NCBI GenBank assembly: GCA_017456605.1
Contig: JAFTJA010000012.1
Coordinates: 29,833-93,832 of the forward strand
Direction: 5' to 3'
Origin: Clostridia bacterium
Lineage (GTDB): Bacteria > Bacillota > Clostridia > Monoglobales > Monoglobaceae
DNA length: 64,000 nt
The notes below the pieces were generated by a model. It saw only the letters and a list, made by a program, of their open reading frames with translations. It was not told where the DNA came from and did not search any database. Positions 1 to 11,756 of the stretch are shown piece after piece. Numbering within the stretch: the stretch's first letter is position 1; each line of letters starts with the position of its first letter. A program made the position numbers and the translations under genes.

Positions 1-958
1 TTTTGTCGCAACAGCGAACTCGGTTGAAAATATTCCGATGCCTCTTTATGACCGAATGGATATAATCGAAATTTCAGGATATACCGAAGATGAAAAAATG
101 GGAATTGCAAAGAAATATCTCTTCCCCAAACAGCAAAAGGAAAACGGGCTTAATCCTGAAATGATAAAAATTCCCGCAAAGACAATGAAACTTTTGATTG
201 AAGGTTATACCCGTGAATCAGGTGTCAGAACGCTCGAGAGAAAACTTGGTGCAATCTGTCGAAAAGCGGCAAAAGAAATTGTTGAAGAGAAGAAAGACTG
301 CATTACTGTCAATGATGCTGTCCTCGAAAAATATCTGGGCGGCAGGGTTTTTCTTTATGACCACATAGAGAAAGAAGATTTGATTGGTGCGGCAACTGGT
401 CTTGCCTGGACCGAAAGCGGTGGCGACACTTTGAGTATTGAAGTCAACATCATGAAAGGTAGCGGAAAGCTTGAGCTAACAGGAAACTTGGGTGAAGTTA
501 TGAAAGAATCCGCTATGGCGGCACACAGTTTCATTCGTGCAAATGCTGAGGCGCTTGGCATAAATGAAGATTTTTACAAAGAAAAGGACATACATATCCA
601 TGTGCCGGAGGGGGCAATTCCAAAGGACGGACCCTCTGCCGGAATAACCATGGCAACAGCAATCATTTCAGCACTTTCAGGGGTAAGAGTCAAAAGAAAC
701 GTTGCTATGACAGGTGAAATAACCCTTAGGGGAAAAGTTCTTCCTATCGGTGGGCTTCGTGAAAAGTCGCTGGCGGCATATCGTATGGGAATAAGAAAAG
801 TTATTGTTCCTTTTGAAAACAAAAAGGATTTTGAAGAGCTTCCAGACAAAATCAAAAATGAAATTGAGTTTGTTTTTGCAAAGAGTATGAAGACTGTGCT
901 TGAAAATGCTTTCAGTGGAGGTGCAGACAGGTGGAATTTGTCGATGTTAAACTTTTGA
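1..958 (+). CDS. lon: Lon protease, C-terminal part (5' end lies left of the window)
   Basis: The frame is open from base 2 ([27 protein letters not shown]...). S16 peptidase domain with catalytic-serine motif [21 protein letters not shown]. Stop at 956-958. Confidence 0.9.
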   Translation, partial: FVATANSVENIPMPLYDRMDIIEISGYTEDEKMGIAKKYLFPKQQKENGLNPEMIKIPAKTMKLLIEGYTRESGVRTLERKLGAICRKAAKEIVEEKKDCITVNDAVLEKYLGGRVFLYDHIEKEDLIGAATGLAWTESGGDTLSIEVNIMKGSGKLELTGNLGEVMKESAMAAHSFIRANAEALGINEDFYKEKDIHIHVPEGAIPKDGPSAGITMATAIISALSGVRVKRNVAMTGEITLRGKVLPIGGLREKSLAAYRMGIRKVIVPFENKKDFEELPDKIKNEIEFVFAKSMKTVLENAFSGGADRWNLSMLNF

Positions 959-1530
959 CCACAGCGGTAAGACAAGAGCAATACCCCGACGAAGCACTTC
1001 CTGAAATTGCTTTGGTTGGACGCTCAAACGTGGGCAAGTCATCCCTTGTGAACTGCATTTCAAACCGCAAGAACTTTGCCAGAACAAGCAGCACTCCGGG
1101 AAAAACCGCAACCATAAACTTTTATGAAATAGGAAAGCGGTTCCGCCTTGTTGACCTTCCCGGCTATGGCTATGCAAAGGTTTCAAAGGTTGAAAAAGAA
1201 AAATGGGGCGAAATGATAGAGGGTTATCTCTCTACCCGAAAAAATCTTGTTCAGGTTATTCAGCTTGTTGATGCACGGCACAAGCCGACCGCTGATGATA
1301 AAATGATGTTTGACTGGATAAAGAGTTATAACTTTGAGCCTTTGGTGGTTGCAACAAAGCTTGACAAACTCAAAAAATCGCAGGTTGAGGCAAATCTCAC
1401 AGCGATATATGAAGAGCTTGAGCTCAATGAAGAGTCGGTGCTTATTCCATTTTCGTCAGAAACCCGCGTGGGCAGAGATGAGGTAATGGAACTTATTGAA
1501 TATGTGCTGACCGATGAAAAAAACGACTAG
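931..1530 (+). CDS. engB: Ribosome-biogenesis GTPase EngB/YsxC
   Basis: GTG start 8 nt after GGAGGT, overlapping the lon 3' end. The N-terminus ...[30 protein letters not shown]... and TSSTPGKT match the YsxC pattern, and lon-ysxC is a conserved gene pair. Confidence 0.9.
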   Translation: MEFVDVKLLTTAVRQEQYPDEALPEIALVGRSNVGKSSLVNCISNRKNFARTSSTPGKTATINFYEIGKRFRLVDLPGYGYAKVSKVEKEKWGEMIEGYLSTRKNLVQVIQLVDARHKPTADDKMMFDWIKSYNFEPLVVATKLDKLKKSQVEANLTAIYEELELNEESVLIPFSSETRVGRDEVMELIEYVLTDEKND

Positions 1531-1565
1531 ACGATAAAGTCTTTTAAGAAAGGATTTTGGTACAG

Positions 1566-2834
1566 ATGATTACAAAACCAAGAGGTACCGAGGATGTATT
1601 GCCAAAAGACAGCAAGCTGTGGCAGTACATAGAAAAAACTGCCCGCGAGGTCTGCGACCTTTATGGATACAAAGAAATAAGAACTCCCGTTTTTGAACAC
1701 ACAGAGCTTTTTCAACGTGGCGTGGGTGATACCACGGACGTCGTTCAAAAGGAGATGTATACATTCGAGGATAAGGGCGGCAGGTCAATAACCTTAAAGC
1801 CTGAGGGAACGGCAACGCTGGTGCGCAGCTATATTGAAAATTCCCTTTATGCAAACCCCCAGCCCACAAAGCTCAGTTATATCATACCTTGCTTCAGGTA
1901 TGAAAAACCGCAGTCGGGAAGACTTCGTGAATTCCATCAGTTTGGGATTGAGTGCTTTGGTGCAAGCGGTGCGTCAACTGATGCAGAGATTATTTCTCTT
2001 GCTTGGATGTTCCTTAAAAAACTGGGCCTTTCGGGGATAACACTTAACATCAACAGCATTGGTTGTCCTGTGTGCAAAAAGGAATATAATCAAAAGCTGA
2101 GATCATATTTTGAGGAATATAAGGGTGAGCTTTGTCCTACCTGCCTTGAAAGACTTGAAAAAAATCCTATGAGGATTATTGACTGCAAGTCAGAAATCTG
2201 TAGCCGGATTGCAAAGGATGCACCAAAGATGGTTGACCACCTTTGCCAAGAGTGCAGTGATCACTTTGAAGAAACAAAGGAAAGACTTTCGGGAATGGGC
2301 ATTGAATTTGAAGTGAACCCTGACATCGTGAGAGGTCTTGATTATTACACCAAAACCGTGTTTGAATTTGTGTCGGATTGCCTTGGAGCACAGTCCACAG
2401 TTTGCGGCGGGGGTCGTTACAGCGGTCTTGTTGAAGAACTTGGAGGAAAGCCTGCAGACGGCATAGGCTTTGCGGCTGGCATTGAGAGACTTATTCTGGT
2501 GCTTAAAGCTCAAAAGGGAGAGGCTGCTCAAATTGACGATGGCCCTGACCTCTTTGTTGCAGCCATGGGTGATGATGCCGACAAAATGGCACAGAAACTG
2601 ATTTTTGAGCTTCGGACAAAGGGAATACACGCACAGCAGGATTTGTGCGGAAGAAGTCTTAAGGCACAAATGAAATATGCTGACAAGCTTGCGGCAAAAT
2701 TCAGCATTGTTATAGGCGATGATGAAATTGCCAATAATAAAGGAAATCTCAAAAATATGGGAACAGGCGAGGTAAAAGAAATTTCTTTGACAGCGGACGC
2801 TATATGCGAGATTTTAGATGGGGAGGTAAAATAG
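1566..2834 (+). CDS. hisS: Histidine--tRNA ligase
   Basis: MITKPRGTEDVLP..., class II aaRS motifs (FRYEKPQSGRLREFHQFG, GGGRYSGL) and a C-terminal anticodon-binding domain. ATG 1566 is preferred over the TTG at 1557 given in the ORF track. Confidence 0.93.
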   Translation: MITKPRGTEDVLPKDSKLWQYIEKTAREVCDLYGYKEIRTPVFEHTELFQRGVGDTTDVVQKEMYTFEDKGGRSITLKPEGTATLVRSYIENSLYANPQPTKLSYIIPCFRYEKPQSGRLREFHQFGIECFGASGASTDAEIISLAWMFLKKLGLSGITLNINSIGCPVCKKEYNQKLRSYFEEYKGELCPTCLERLEKNPMRIIDCKSEICSRIAKDAPKMVDHLCQECSDHFEETKERLSGMGIEFEVNPDIVRGLDYYTKTVFEFVSDCLGAQSTVCGGGRYSGLVEELGGKPADGIGFAAGIERLILVLKAQKGEAAQIDDGPDLFVAAMGDDADKMAQKLIFELRTKGIHAQQDLCGRSLKAQMKYADKLAAKFSIVIGDDEIANNKGNLKNMGTGEVKEISLTADAICEILDGEVK

Positions 2835-4607
2835 ATGGATACAATGAAAGGTCTTAAAAGAACCAATTACTGCGGCGAAACCGAGGGGATCGGCAAAACC
2901 GTTGTGGTGGGTGGATATGTTCAAAAAATCCGTGATATGGGAACTTTGATTTTTATTGACTTAAGGGATAGGACTGGTATTGTCCAGCTGGCTTTTGACG
3001 AAACCACTGACAAGGCTGTTTTTGAAAAAGCGGCATCTTGTCACAGCGAGTATGTGCTTATGGCAAAGGGCATTGTCCGTGAAAGAGAAAGCAAAAACGA
3101 TGCCATAAAGACAGGAAACATCGAAATTTTTGTTGATGACCTGAGAATTTTGGCAAAGGCGCAGACCCCGCCCTTTGAAATTACCGACAAAACAAATGTA
3201 AATGAAGAGCTTCGTCTCAAATATCGTTATCTTGATTTGCGTCGTGGTCCGCTTCAGGAAAATATAATAAGAAGAAGCAAGATAGCAAAAAGCGCGAGGG
3301 ATTATTTTGAAGAAAACGGCTTCATTGAAATTGAAACACCAATGATGATAAAGTCAACACCCGAGGGTGCAAGAGACTATATCATTCCTTCACGTATCCA
3401 CGGCGGAAAGTTTTATGCTCTTCCCCAGTCGCCACAGATTTACAAACAGCTTCTTATGATTTCGGGCTTTGACAGATACATTCAGCTTGCTCGTTGCTTC
3501 CGTGACGAAGACCTCAGAGCTGACCGTCAGCCTGAATTCACTCAGATTGACCTTGAAATGTCCTTTGTTGATGTTGATGACGTTCTTGAAATGATTGAAG
3601 GGCTGATGAAAAGACTCTTTAAGGATGTTCTTGATATGGATATTCCGCTGCCGCTTCCCAGAATGTCATACAAAGAAGCGATGGAGCGGTATGGTTCGGA
3701 TAAGCCCGATACACGTTTTGAAATGGAAATCTCGGACCTTTCTGACCTCGTAAAGGATTGCGGCTTTGGTGTGTTCACATCAGCTATTGAAAATGGCGGC
3801 AGTGTTCGTGCTATTTGTGCCAAAAATGCAGCGGAAACCCTTACGAGAAAAGAAATCGACAAGCTCACCGAATATGTGCGAGGCATAGGAGCAAAAGGCC
3901 TTGCCTATATCAGGTGGGTTGAAGATGTGCCTAATTGCTCTTTTGCAAAATTTATGACAGAAGGTGAACTTTCTTCTATCATTGAAAAGTGCGGAGCAGA
4001 AAAGGGTGACGTTGTATTTATTGTGGCAGACAAGACAAACACAGTTCTTTCAACTCTTGGCGCCCTTCGTCTTAAAGTTGCAAAACAGCTTGACATAATA
4101 AGGGACGGTTTCAACTTCCTTTGGGTTACACAGTTTCCTTTCTTTGAATATGACGAAGAGAGCAAAACCTATGTTGCTATGCATCATCCATTCACTATGC
4201 CTGAGGATGACTGTATTCAGTACCTTGAAACAGCACCCGAAAAGGTTACGGCAAAGGCATATGATTTGGTGCTCAATGGCACGGAGCTTTCAAGCGGCTC
4301 GATTCGTATAAATGATTATGAGCTCCAACAGAAGATGTTCAGGGCTCTTGGACTTTCAGAAGAAGAAATCGCAGCCAAATTTGGATTTTTGGTTGAAGCA
4401 TACAAGTATGGTGCGGCCCCTCACGGCGGCATGGGCATCGGTCTTGACAGAATTGCGATGATTATGTGCGGAGCAGAGAGCCTTCGCGATGTTGTTGCCT
4501 TCCCCAAGGTTCAAAATGCTTCGGAGCTTATGTCAAATTCACCTGACAGAGTTGATGATATTCAGCTTAAGGAACTTTCGATAAAGATTGATTTGGAAGA
4601 GAAATAA
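2835..4607 (+). CDS. aspS: Aspartate--tRNA ligase
   Basis: N-terminal OB fold (GYVQKIRDMGTLIFIDLRDRTGIVQL), FRDEDLRADRQPEFTQID, and the GGMGIGLDRI class II motif 3. GGGGAGG lies 8 nt upstream, and the start abuts the hisS stop. Confidence 0.95.
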   Translation: MDTMKGLKRTNYCGETEGIGKTVVVGGYVQKIRDMGTLIFIDLRDRTGIVQLAFDETTDKAVFEKAASCHSEYVLMAKGIVRERESKNDAIKTGNIEIFVDDLRILAKAQTPPFEITDKTNVNEELRLKYRYLDLRRGPLQENIIRRSKIAKSARDYFEENGFIEIETPMMIKSTPEGARDYIIPSRIHGGKFYALPQSPQIYKQLLMISGFDRYIQLARCFRDEDLRADRQPEFTQIDLEMSFVDVDDVLEMIEGLMKRLFKDVLDMDIPLPLPRMSYKEAMERYGSDKPDTRFEMEISDLSDLVKDCGFGVFTSAIENGGSVRAICAKNAAETLTRKEIDKLTEYVRGIGAKGLAYIRWVEDVPNCSFAKFMTEGELSSIIEKCGAEKGDVVFIVADKTNTVLSTLGALRLKVAKQLDIIRDGFNFLWVTQFPFFEYDEESKTYVAMHHPFTMPEDDCIQYLETAPEKVTAKAYDLVLNGTELSSGSIRINDYELQQKMFRALGLSEEEIAAKFGFLVEAYKYGAAPHGGMGIGLDRIAMIMCGAESLRDVVAFPKVQNASELMSNSPDRVDDIQLKELSIKIDLEEK

Positions 4608-4653
4608 AAAAGGTTTGAATAAAAATTTAGCTTGAGAGTCAGGAGGCGATACA

Positions 4654-6015
4654 ATGAAAAAGCAAACAGTTGCCATTTTGTTGATTGTGGCACTATTGCT
4701 TGCCGTAGGATGCTTTGGAATTTATGGCTATATACAAACAAAAAATAATGAAATAAAAAACACTCCGCTATTCAGCTGCAAGGCTTCGGACATCGTGGAA
4801 TACGGAGTGAAGACCGGCGAGGAAGATTATGTCCTCATAAAAGAAAATGACGAGTGGCGTGTGAAAGACAACAGCGTTGCAGTTCTTGATTCGAAAAAAG
4901 TTCAGGAAACCGTGAACAGTGCTTCTATGATTATGGCATTGGGGATTTTGAAAGACCGGGAGCTTAAAGAATTTGACGCAACAGATGTAAGGGAACTTTC
5001 CCTTGCGCTTTCTGATGGAACAAGCTGCAACATCAAGTTTGTGGGCGAAAAGGCTGAAATCTGTGCCATCAAGCTGAATGACAGCGAGGATATTTATGCT
5101 ATACGCACGTCAGTGAGGGATATACTCATAGCTCCCCTTGCTAAGTTCCGTGCATCGGTGCTCTTTGATGGGCTTATGGGAGAGGACGCACCTCTTGAAT
5201 ATTACAGCTTCAAAGATTTTGACAAGACTGAAACCGTGATAAGGACAAAAACATCCGTTGAAATTTCAAACAGCAAAAAAAATCGGTATATCATGGAAAA
5301 ACCGTACAGGAAAGATGTGGACGATGAACAGTTTGAACAGCTTATCGGTGTGAAAATTCCACGGCTTGCTGCTGAAAAATATGAGGATGAAATTTCAGAG
5401 GATAAAGAGATTTATGGTTTGGATGAAAATTCCCGTGCAACTCTTCGGTTCAGGTGGGGTGAGTTTGACGAAAGCCTTTATCTGGGCGCGACGGAAGGCG
5501 GCCTTGTTTATGCAGAAATAGCGGGACGCGACGGGATTTTTATGATAAATTCCACTCAGCTTGAATTCTTGCATACAGAACCGTTTTATTTGCTGGAGTC
5601 GGGAATGCTTCGGTCTGACCTTGAGAATATTTCCGGGGTTACTGTGAAAACAGCGGAAAATGAATATAAAATTGAAAGCCGAAACAGAAAAGAAAACAAT
5701 AAAGAATTTTTTGTAAACGGAAAAACAGCAAGTGAGACAGCGTTCAATGCAGTGGTCGAAATCATCGGTGGAATAAAAATACGCAGCGAAGTTGTGCAGG
5801 ATGTGAAAAATTCCGGCGATGTGATTATAACGGTGCACTTTGACAATGGTGTCGGTACGCAAAATATAAGTTTGAGTGCGATGAATGACAAAGAATATGC
5901 GGCGTTCATGGGTGGCAAGGCAGAATTTGCTGTTGACAGAGAAACGATTGATGCATTGCTTCTTGAACTTGACAAAATAAGTAAAAATCCGATAAAAACG
6001 GATGAGAAAGGATAA
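4654..6015 (+). CDS. Membrane-anchored hypothetical protein, DUF4340-like
   Basis: AGGAGG RBS and a single N-terminal TM helix ([22 protein letters not shown]), followed by repeated beta-rich modules typical of DUF4340. The family assignment is from memory only. Confidence 0.55.
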   Translation: MKKQTVAILLIVALLLAVGCFGIYGYIQTKNNEIKNTPLFSCKASDIVEYGVKTGEEDYVLIKENDEWRVKDNSVAVLDSKKVQETVNSASMIMALGILKDRELKEFDATDVRELSLALSDGTSCNIKFVGEKAEICAIKLNDSEDIYAIRTSVRDILIAPLAKFRASVLFDGLMGEDAPLEYYSFKDFDKTETVIRTKTSVEISNSKKNRYIMEKPYRKDVDDEQFEQLIGVKIPRLAAEKYEDEISEDKEIYGLDENSRATLRFRWGEFDESLYLGATEGGLVYAEIAGRDGIFMINSTQLEFLHTEPFYLLESGMLRSDLENISGVTVKTAENEYKIESRNRKENNKEFFVNGKTASETAFNAVVEIIGGIKIRSEVVQDVKNSGDVIITVHFDNGVGTQNISLSAMNDKEYAAFMGGKAEFAVDRETIDALLLELDKISKNPIKTDEKG

Positions 6016-6022
6016 AATTCAA

Positions 6023-7243
6023 ATGAAAAACGTTTTTGATGAACTGAAAGAGCGTGGGCTGATTGCCCAGATGACTCACGAGGAAGAGATTAAAAAGCTT
6101 CTCGCGGAAGAAAAGATAACCTTTTATATAGGTTTTGACCCGACAGCTGACAGCCTCCATATCGGTCACTTTATGCAGCTTGTGGTAATGCGCCATATGC
6201 AAAATGCAGGGCACAGACCTATTATTTTGCTTGGTGGCGGCACCACCATGGTTGGTGACCCCACAGGCAAAACCGATATGCGTCCTATGATAACAAAAGA
6301 GACTATTCAGCACAATGCTGACAGATTTAAGGAACAGATGTCAAAATTTATTGATTTTTCTGACGGCAAGGCGATTATGGTGAACAACGCTGACTGGCTT
6401 TTGGACCTCAACTATGTTGACTTTCTCCGTGAGGTTGGTGTGCATTTTTCGGTTAACAGAATGCTTTCGGCAGAATGCTTCAAAACCAGAATGGAAAGAG
6501 GACTTTCGTTCTTGGAATTCAACTATATGCTTATGCAGAGCTATGACTTTTACAAACTGAATCGCGATTATGGCTGTATCATGGAATTCGGCGGTGACGA
6601 CCAGTGGTCAAATATTATCGGCGGTATTGAGCTTATCCGTCGCAAGGAGTCAAAAGAAGCTTATGGTATGACATTTACTCTTCTTACCACATCAGAGGGC
6701 AAAAAGATGGGCAAAACCGAAAAGGGCGCTCTGTGGCTTGACCCTGAAAAGGTTACACCTTATGAGTTCTATCAGTACTGGAGAAACGTTGATGACAAGG
6801 ACGTAATAAGACTTTTAAAGCTTGTTACATTTGTTCCGCTGTTAGAAATTGCAGAATATGAAAAGCTTGAAGGTCAGGAACTCAATGTTGTCAAAGAACG
6901 TTTGGCATTTGAGGTTACAAAAATGGTACACGGCGAAGAAGAAGCAAAGAAAGCAAACGCTGCCGCAAAGGCAGTATTCGGTGCAGGTGCAGACGACCAG
7001 AATATGCCGACCTTTGAACTTTCACGCGACCAGCTTGGACTCAATATTGTTGATTTGCTTGCAGTGTCAAATCTTGCTCCGTCAAAAGGCGAGGGCAGAA
7101 GACTTGTTCAGCAGGGCGGTGTAAGCATTGACGGAAACAAGGTTGACGATATTGCTTATGTGATTGATGAGTCAATATTTGCTGACGGAAAAATTGTTGT
7201 TAAAAAAGGCAAGAAGGTATTCCTCAAAATAGTTCTTGCATAA
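6023..7243 (+). CDS. tyrS: Tyrosine--tRNA ligase
   Basis: HIGH motif (DSLHIGHF), KMSKS-type motif (KMGKT) and a C-terminal S4-like domain ([19 protein letters not shown]). ATG 6023 with a GAAAGGA RBS is preferred over 6002. Confidence 0.93.
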   Translation: MKNVFDELKERGLIAQMTHEEEIKKLLAEEKITFYIGFDPTADSLHIGHFMQLVVMRHMQNAGHRPIILLGGGTTMVGDPTGKTDMRPMITKETIQHNADRFKEQMSKFIDFSDGKAIMVNNADWLLDLNYVDFLREVGVHFSVNRMLSAECFKTRMERGLSFLEFNYMLMQSYDFYKLNRDYGCIMEFGGDDQWSNIIGGIELIRRKESKEAYGMTFTLLTTSEGKKMGKTEKGALWLDPEKVTPYEFYQYWRNVDDKDVIRLLKLVTFVPLLEIAEYEKLEGQELNVVKERLAFEVTKMVHGEEEAKKANAAAKAVFGAGADDQNMPTFELSRDQLGLNIVDLLAVSNLAPSKGEGRRLVQQGGVSIDGNKVDDIAYVIDESIFADGKIVVKKGKKVFLKIVLA

Positions 7244-7275
7244 CATATCATAGATTACGAAAGGGGTAGATTTCT

Positions 7276-9903
7276 GTGAGCAGAGAATTACCAAAAACAT
7301 ACGACCCGAAAGCTGTTGAGGACAAAATATACTCAAACTGGGTGAGCAAAGGATATTTTCATACAAAGATAGATAAGGACAAAGAGCCTTTTACTATTGT
7401 TATTCCTCCCCCAAATGTAACGGGACAGCTTCATATGGGTCACGCTCTTGATGAAACATTTCAGGATATACTTATAAGAACAAAAAGAATGCAGGGGTAT
7501 GCGGCGCTTTGGGTTCCGGGAACGGACCATGCGGGTATTGCCACACAGATAAAGGTTGAAGAAAACCTTAGAAAGGAAAAGGGGCTCACACGCCATGACC
7601 TTGGCCGTGAGGAGTTTTTGAAGCTTGTCTGGGACTGGAAAGAACAGTATGGCAACCGCATCATAAACCAGATTAAAAAGCTTGGCTGCTCCTGTGACTG
7701 GGAAAGAGAAAGATTTACTATGGATGAGGGTTGCTCAAAGGCTGTGCGTGAGGTTTTTGTAAATCTTTATAACAAAGGATTGATTTACAGAGGCAACCGA
7801 ATAATCAACTGGTGCCCTTGCTGTGCGACAGCGCTTTCTGATGCCGAGGTTGAATATGCAGAGCAGGCAGGAAACTTCTGGCACATTAAGTATCCGGTGA
7901 AAGACAGTGACGAGTTTGTGATAATTGCTACAACCCGTCCTGAAACTCTTCTTGGTGATACAGCTGTTGCTGTGAACCCGGAGGATGAAAGATACAAGGA
8001 TTTGGTCGGTAAAACCCTTATTCTCCCCCTTGTGGGCAGGGAAATTCCGGTTATTGCCGACGATTATGTTGACAAAGAATTCGGTACAGGCTGTGTAAAA
8101 ATCACACCTGCACACGACCCCAACGACTTTGAGGTTGGTCTTCGTCACAATTTGGAACAGATAAAAGTACTTAATGATGATGCTACAATCAACTCATATG
8201 GCGGAAAGTATGAGGGAATGGACAGATACGAAGCCCGCAAGGCTATGATTTCTGACCTTGAAGAAATGGGACTTCTTGTAAAAATTGAAGAACATAACCA
8301 CAATGTAGGTCAGTGTTACCGCTGCGGAACAACGGTTGAGCCTCTTACATCAAATCAGTGGTTTGTGAAGATGCCGCCTCTTGCAGAAAGAGCTATCAAG
8401 GTGGTTAAGGATGGGGATGTTGCATTCATTCCTGACCGTTTTTCGAAAACGTATATGAACTGGATGGAAAATGTCCACGACTGGTGCATTTCTCGTCAGC
8501 TTTGGTGGGGACACAGAATTCCGGCATTTTACTGTGAAAAGTGCGGCGAGATGACTGTTTCAAAAACCGATATTGACACCTGTCCCAAGTGCGGCGGCAG
8601 GCTCAAGCAGGAAGACGATGTTCTTGATACCTGGTTCAGCTCGGCTCTTTGGCCGTTCTCAACCCTTGGTTGGCCCGAAAAGACAGAGGACCTTGATTAT
8701 TTCTATCCTACATCTGTTCTTGTTACCGGATATGATATAATTTTCTTCTGGGTTGCAAGAATGATTTTCTCAGGTCTTGAACATATGAACAAGGAGCCTT
8801 TTAAGCACGTTTATATCCACGGCCTTGTTCGTGACAGCCAGGGCAGAAAGATGTCAAAGTCACTGGGCAACGGTATTGACCCCCTTGAAATTGTTGACAA
8901 ATACGGTGCGGATGCACTGAGATTTACTCTTGCTACGGGAAATTCACCGGGCAACGATATGAGATTCTATATCGAAAGAGTTGAGGCGAGCCGAAACTTT
9001 GCAAACAAAATCTGGAATGCATCACGCTTTGTTATGATGAATCTTTCAATCGACAAAGCTGAGCTTCCTGCAAAGGACAAACTTCACATTGAAGACAAGT
9101 GGATTCTTCACAGATACAACGAGCTTGTCCGTGAGGTTACTGAAAATCTTGATAAGTACGAGCTTGGAATAGCAGTTCAAAAGCTTTATGACTTCATCTG
9201 GGATGAATTCTGTGATTGGTATATTGAACTTGTTAAGCCCAGATTCTTTGCAGAGGGCGAAAGCAATACAACAGCGCAAAAGGTTCTTGCCTACGTGCTT
9301 TCAAACACACTAAAGCTTCTCCATCCCTTTATGCCGTTCATCACCGAAGAAATCTGGCAGGCACTTCCTCATGAAGGCGAAAGTATTATGATTTCTGACT
9401 GGCCAAAATATTCTGCTGACCTTTGTGACGTGCAGGCAGAACAGGAAATGATTGGCATAATGGATGCTATCAAGGGCATAAGAAATGTCAGAAATGAAAT
9501 GAACGTACCGCCGTCAAAGAAAGTTAAGCTTTTTGTTGTGACAAAAGACGAGGAACTATTCAGTCAGGCGGGAGTTTTCTTTGAGAAGCTTGCGGGCGCA
9601 TCGGAAACAGAAATCAAGATTGACAAGAGCGATGTTCCTGAAAATGCGGTGTCTGTTGTGACTGCCAAGGCGGAAATTCTTCTCCCTATGGATGAACTGG
9701 TTGACCGTGAAAAGGAAATTGAAAGACTTTCCAAGGAAAAGACCAGACTTGAGGGCGAAATCAAACGCGCTGAGGGCAAGCTTTCAAACAAAGGCTTTAC
9801 CGATAAAGCTCCGGCAAATGTGGTAGAGGAAGAACGTCAAAAGTGCGAAAAGTATAAGGCAATGCTTGAAAAAGTTATTGAAAGCCTCGGGAAAATGGCA
9901 TAA
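7276..9903 (+). CDS. valS: Valine--tRNA ligase
   Basis: GTG start after [21 protein letters not shown] (HIGH), KMSKSLGN, editing domain and a C-terminal coiled coil. Confidence 0.95.
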   Translation: MSRELPKTYDPKAVEDKIYSNWVSKGYFHTKIDKDKEPFTIVIPPPNVTGQLHMGHALDETFQDILIRTKRMQGYAALWVPGTDHAGIATQIKVEENLRKEKGLTRHDLGREEFLKLVWDWKEQYGNRIINQIKKLGCSCDWERERFTMDEGCSKAVREVFVNLYNKGLIYRGNRIINWCPCCATALSDAEVEYAEQAGNFWHIKYPVKDSDEFVIIATTRPETLLGDTAVAVNPEDERYKDLVGKTLILPLVGREIPVIADDYVDKEFGTGCVKITPAHDPNDFEVGLRHNLEQIKVLNDDATINSYGGKYEGMDRYEARKAMISDLEEMGLLVKIEEHNHNVGQCYRCGTTVEPLTSNQWFVKMPPLAERAIKVVKDGDVAFIPDRFSKTYMNWMENVHDWCISRQLWWGHRIPAFYCEKCGEMTVSKTDIDTCPKCGGRLKQEDDVLDTWFSSALWPFSTLGWPEKTEDLDYFYPTSVLVTGYDIIFFWVARMIFSGLEHMNKEPFKHVYIHGLVRDSQGRKMSKSLGNGIDPLEIVDKYGADALRFTLATGNSPGNDMRFYIERVEASRNFANKIWNASRFVMMNLSIDKAELPAKDKLHIEDKWILHRYNELVREVTENLDKYELGIAVQKLYDFIWDEFCDWYIELVKPRFFAEGESNTTAQKVLAYVLSNTLKLLHPFMPFITEEIWQALPHEGESIMISDWPKYSADLCDVQAEQEMIGIMDAIKGIRNVRNEMNVPPSKKVKLFVVTKDEELFSQAGVFFEKLAGASETEIKIDKSDVPENAVSVVTAKAEILLPMDELVDREKEIERLSKEKTRLEGEIKRAEGKLSNKGFTDKAPANVVEEERQKCEKYKAMLEKVIESLGKMA

Positions 9904-9931
9904 AATAAAGCTTTAAATCAAATAAAAACGA

Positions 9932-9966
9932 ATACAGTCGATAAATTTTATCGGCTGTATTTTTTT
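9932..9966 (+). terminator. Intrinsic terminator ending the lon...valS array
   Basis: 12-bp stem (atacagtcgata/tatcggctgtat, one G-U pair), 5-nt loop, then TTTTTT. Confidence 0.75.
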
Positions 9967-10001
9967 GTTGTATTTTAGGGTATGAAAGTCAAAAAATTAC
10001 A

Positions 10002-10028
10002 AGGAAATATGCATAACACAAGCGAAAC
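10002..10028 (+). promoter_or_regulatory. Possible sigma-H-type promoter of the spoIIA operon
   Basis: AGGAAATAT, then 12 nt, then cGAAA, which resembles the RNAGGAWWW-N11-12-RNNGAAT consensus recalled for Bacillus spoIIA. This is a weak call. Confidence 0.3.
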
Positions 10029-10065
10029 ATTAAAATGGAAGAAAATGTAAAAAGGAGGTAGTCAC

Positions 10066-10392
10066 ATGGATATTAAGCTTGAAAGCATAGGTCAGACTTT
10101 GGTTGTGAAACTGGCGGGTGAAATAGACCATCACACATCCGGCGAAATCAAAGAGATACTGGACAGAGAAATAAGCTCGGGGAATATCGTAAATCTTGTA
10201 TTTGATTTTGACAAGGTGACTTTTATGGACAGTTCCGGTATAGGTATGATGGTGGGAAGATACAAACAGATTTCGGCGTTAGGCGGCAAGGTGATGGTCA
10301 TAAGAGTGAGCCACAGGCTTGACAAAATATTTGAAATATCAGGACTTAAAAAAATTCTGGATTTTGGTAAGGAGCAAAAACAATGGACATAG
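10066..10392 (+). CDS. spoIIAA: Anti-sigma-F factor antagonist SpoIIAA (STAS domain)
   Basis: AAGGAGG RBS, STAS fold with phosphorylatable-serine motif FMDSSGIGM, and a position upstream of spoIIAB-sigF. Confidence 0.85.
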   Translation: MDIKLESIGQTLVVKLAGEIDHHTSGEIKEILDREISSGNIVNLVFDFDKVTFMDSSGIGMMVGRYKQISALGGKVMVIRVSHRLDKIFEISGLKKILDFGKEQKQWT

Positions 10393-10474
10393 CAAATGCA
10401 ATGGTTCTTTTGGGAGAGATGAAAAAAATGACCGCACTGATTTGGTGCTTTTTGAAAAAGGGGGTAATGTCTAA

Positions 10475-10894
10475 ATGGAAAACTATATGAAGCTTGAAGT
10501 TCCGGCAAAAAGCTGCAACGAATCTTTTGTGCGTGCGACGGTTGGTGCTTTTTCGGTGCAGCTTGACCTAAGCATTGAAGAACTGTCGGACATCAAAACT
10601 GCGGTGTCGGAGGCGGTTACAAATTCCATTGTGCACGGATATGAAAACATGAAAGGAATAGTGAAAGTTGTCTGCCGGATTATTGAAAATGTGATAGAGA
10701 TTGAAGTAACCGATTACGGCAAGGGCATTGAGGACATAGGACAAGCTATGCAGCCGTTATTCACCACGGGGCCTGATTCGGAGCGGAGCGGTATGGGATT
10801 TACCGTTATGGAGACCTTTATGGATGACCTCAGTGTGAAGTCGACTTTGGGCGAGGGAACGGTGGTGACCATGAAAAAGAATATAAGAGGTTAA
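10475..10894 (+). CDS. spoIIAB: Anti-sigma-F factor SpoIIAB (serine kinase)
   Basis: Near-colinear with B. subtilis SpoIIAB as recalled ([12 protein letters not shown]..., [32 protein letters not shown]). An in-frame TAA sits immediately upstream of the ATG. Confidence 0.9.
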   Translation: MENYMKLEVPAKSCNESFVRATVGAFSVQLDLSIEELSDIKTAVSEAVTNSIVHGYENMKGIVKVVCRIIENVIEIEVTDYGKGIEDIGQAMQPLFTTGPDSERSGMGFTVMETFMDDLSVKSTLGEGTVVTMKKNIRG

Positions 10895-10899
10895 ATACG

Positions 10900-11643
10900 G
10901 TGCAGACAAAAAAGTATAATGAAAACATTGAAAGCCTGATTGAAAAAGCGAAAAACGGTGATTTGAATGCACGCAACATAATTGTGGAAGAAAACATAGG
11001 GCTGGTAAGAAGTGTACTTAAAAGGTTTTCAGGGCGTGGTCATGAAACAGAGGATTTGTTTCAGATAGGTTGCATAGGACTGATAAAGGCTATAGAGAAA
11101 TTTGACCCGGGCTTTGAAGTGAAGTTTTCAACCTATGCTGTTCCAATGATAATAGGGGAGATAAAACGCTTCATAAGGGATGACGGAATCATAAAGGTAA
11201 GTAGAAGTTTGAAAGAGCTTGCTCTCAAGGCTATGAGCCTTCAGGAAATCATCCGTCGTGAGCAAAACAAAGAACCCACAGTGAGGGAGCTGGCAGAAAA
11301 ACTTGGGGTAGGTACTGAAGAACTCGCAACGGCCCTTGAAGCGGGAATAAAGCCAGAATCACTTTATGCCGAGCCGAAAGATGAGGGAAAAGAGGGAAAG
11401 GCGCTTATTGACCGTCTTGAAAGCTCAAGAGACTGTGAAAAGGAGATTGTAAACCGCATACTTGTCCAGGAACTTCTGGAGGATTTTGATGAAAGAGAAA
11501 AAAAGATAATAGTTTTTCGGTATTTCAAGCAGAAAACTCAGGCCCAGATTGCAAAGCAACTGGGAATTTCCCAGGTTCAGGTGTCAAGAATTGAAAAAAA
11601 GGTACTGACACTGATGCGAGAAAAAATGAAACGCGACGGATAA
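10900..11643 (+). CDS. sigF: Sporulation sigma factor SigF
   Basis: GTG start. Sigma-70 regions 2-4 (DLFQIGCIGLIKAIEKFD, YAVPMIIGEIKRFIRDD, QAQIAKQLGISQVQVSRIEKK), directly after spoIIAB. Confidence 0.85.
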   Translation: MQTKKYNENIESLIEKAKNGDLNARNIIVEENIGLVRSVLKRFSGRGHETEDLFQIGCIGLIKAIEKFDPGFEVKFSTYAVPMIIGEIKRFIRDDGIIKVSRSLKELALKAMSLQEIIRREQNKEPTVRELAEKLGVGTEELATALEAGIKPESLYAEPKDEGKEGKALIDRLESSRDCEKEIVNRILVQELLEDFDEREKKIIVFRYFKQKTQAQIAKQLGISQVQVSRIEKKVLTLMREKMKRDG

Positions 11644-11672
11644 TAATGTCAGACAAAGAAACTTTTATACAC

Positions 11673-11701
11673 TTGACGAGATATTTAAACTATGTTAAAA
11701 T
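11673..11701 (+). promoter_or_regulatory. Sigma-A-type promoter
   Basis: TTGACG - 17 nt - TAAAAT. A 9-bp AT-rich inverted repeat (11709-11734) lies in the leader. Confidence 0.5.
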
Positions 11702-11756
11702 ATTATGAAAAGATTTTGCGGATTGAAAATCTTTCAAAGACATTATGAGGTGCAAT

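Noticed and set aside
10384-10491. 35-codon ORF bridging the unusual 83-nt gap between spoIIAA and spoIIAB
   Set aside because: It has no RBS and overlaps both the spoIIAA stop and the spoIIAB start. spoIIAB has its own AAGGGGG RBS and an in-frame stop just upstream. The gap itself was noted but not explained.
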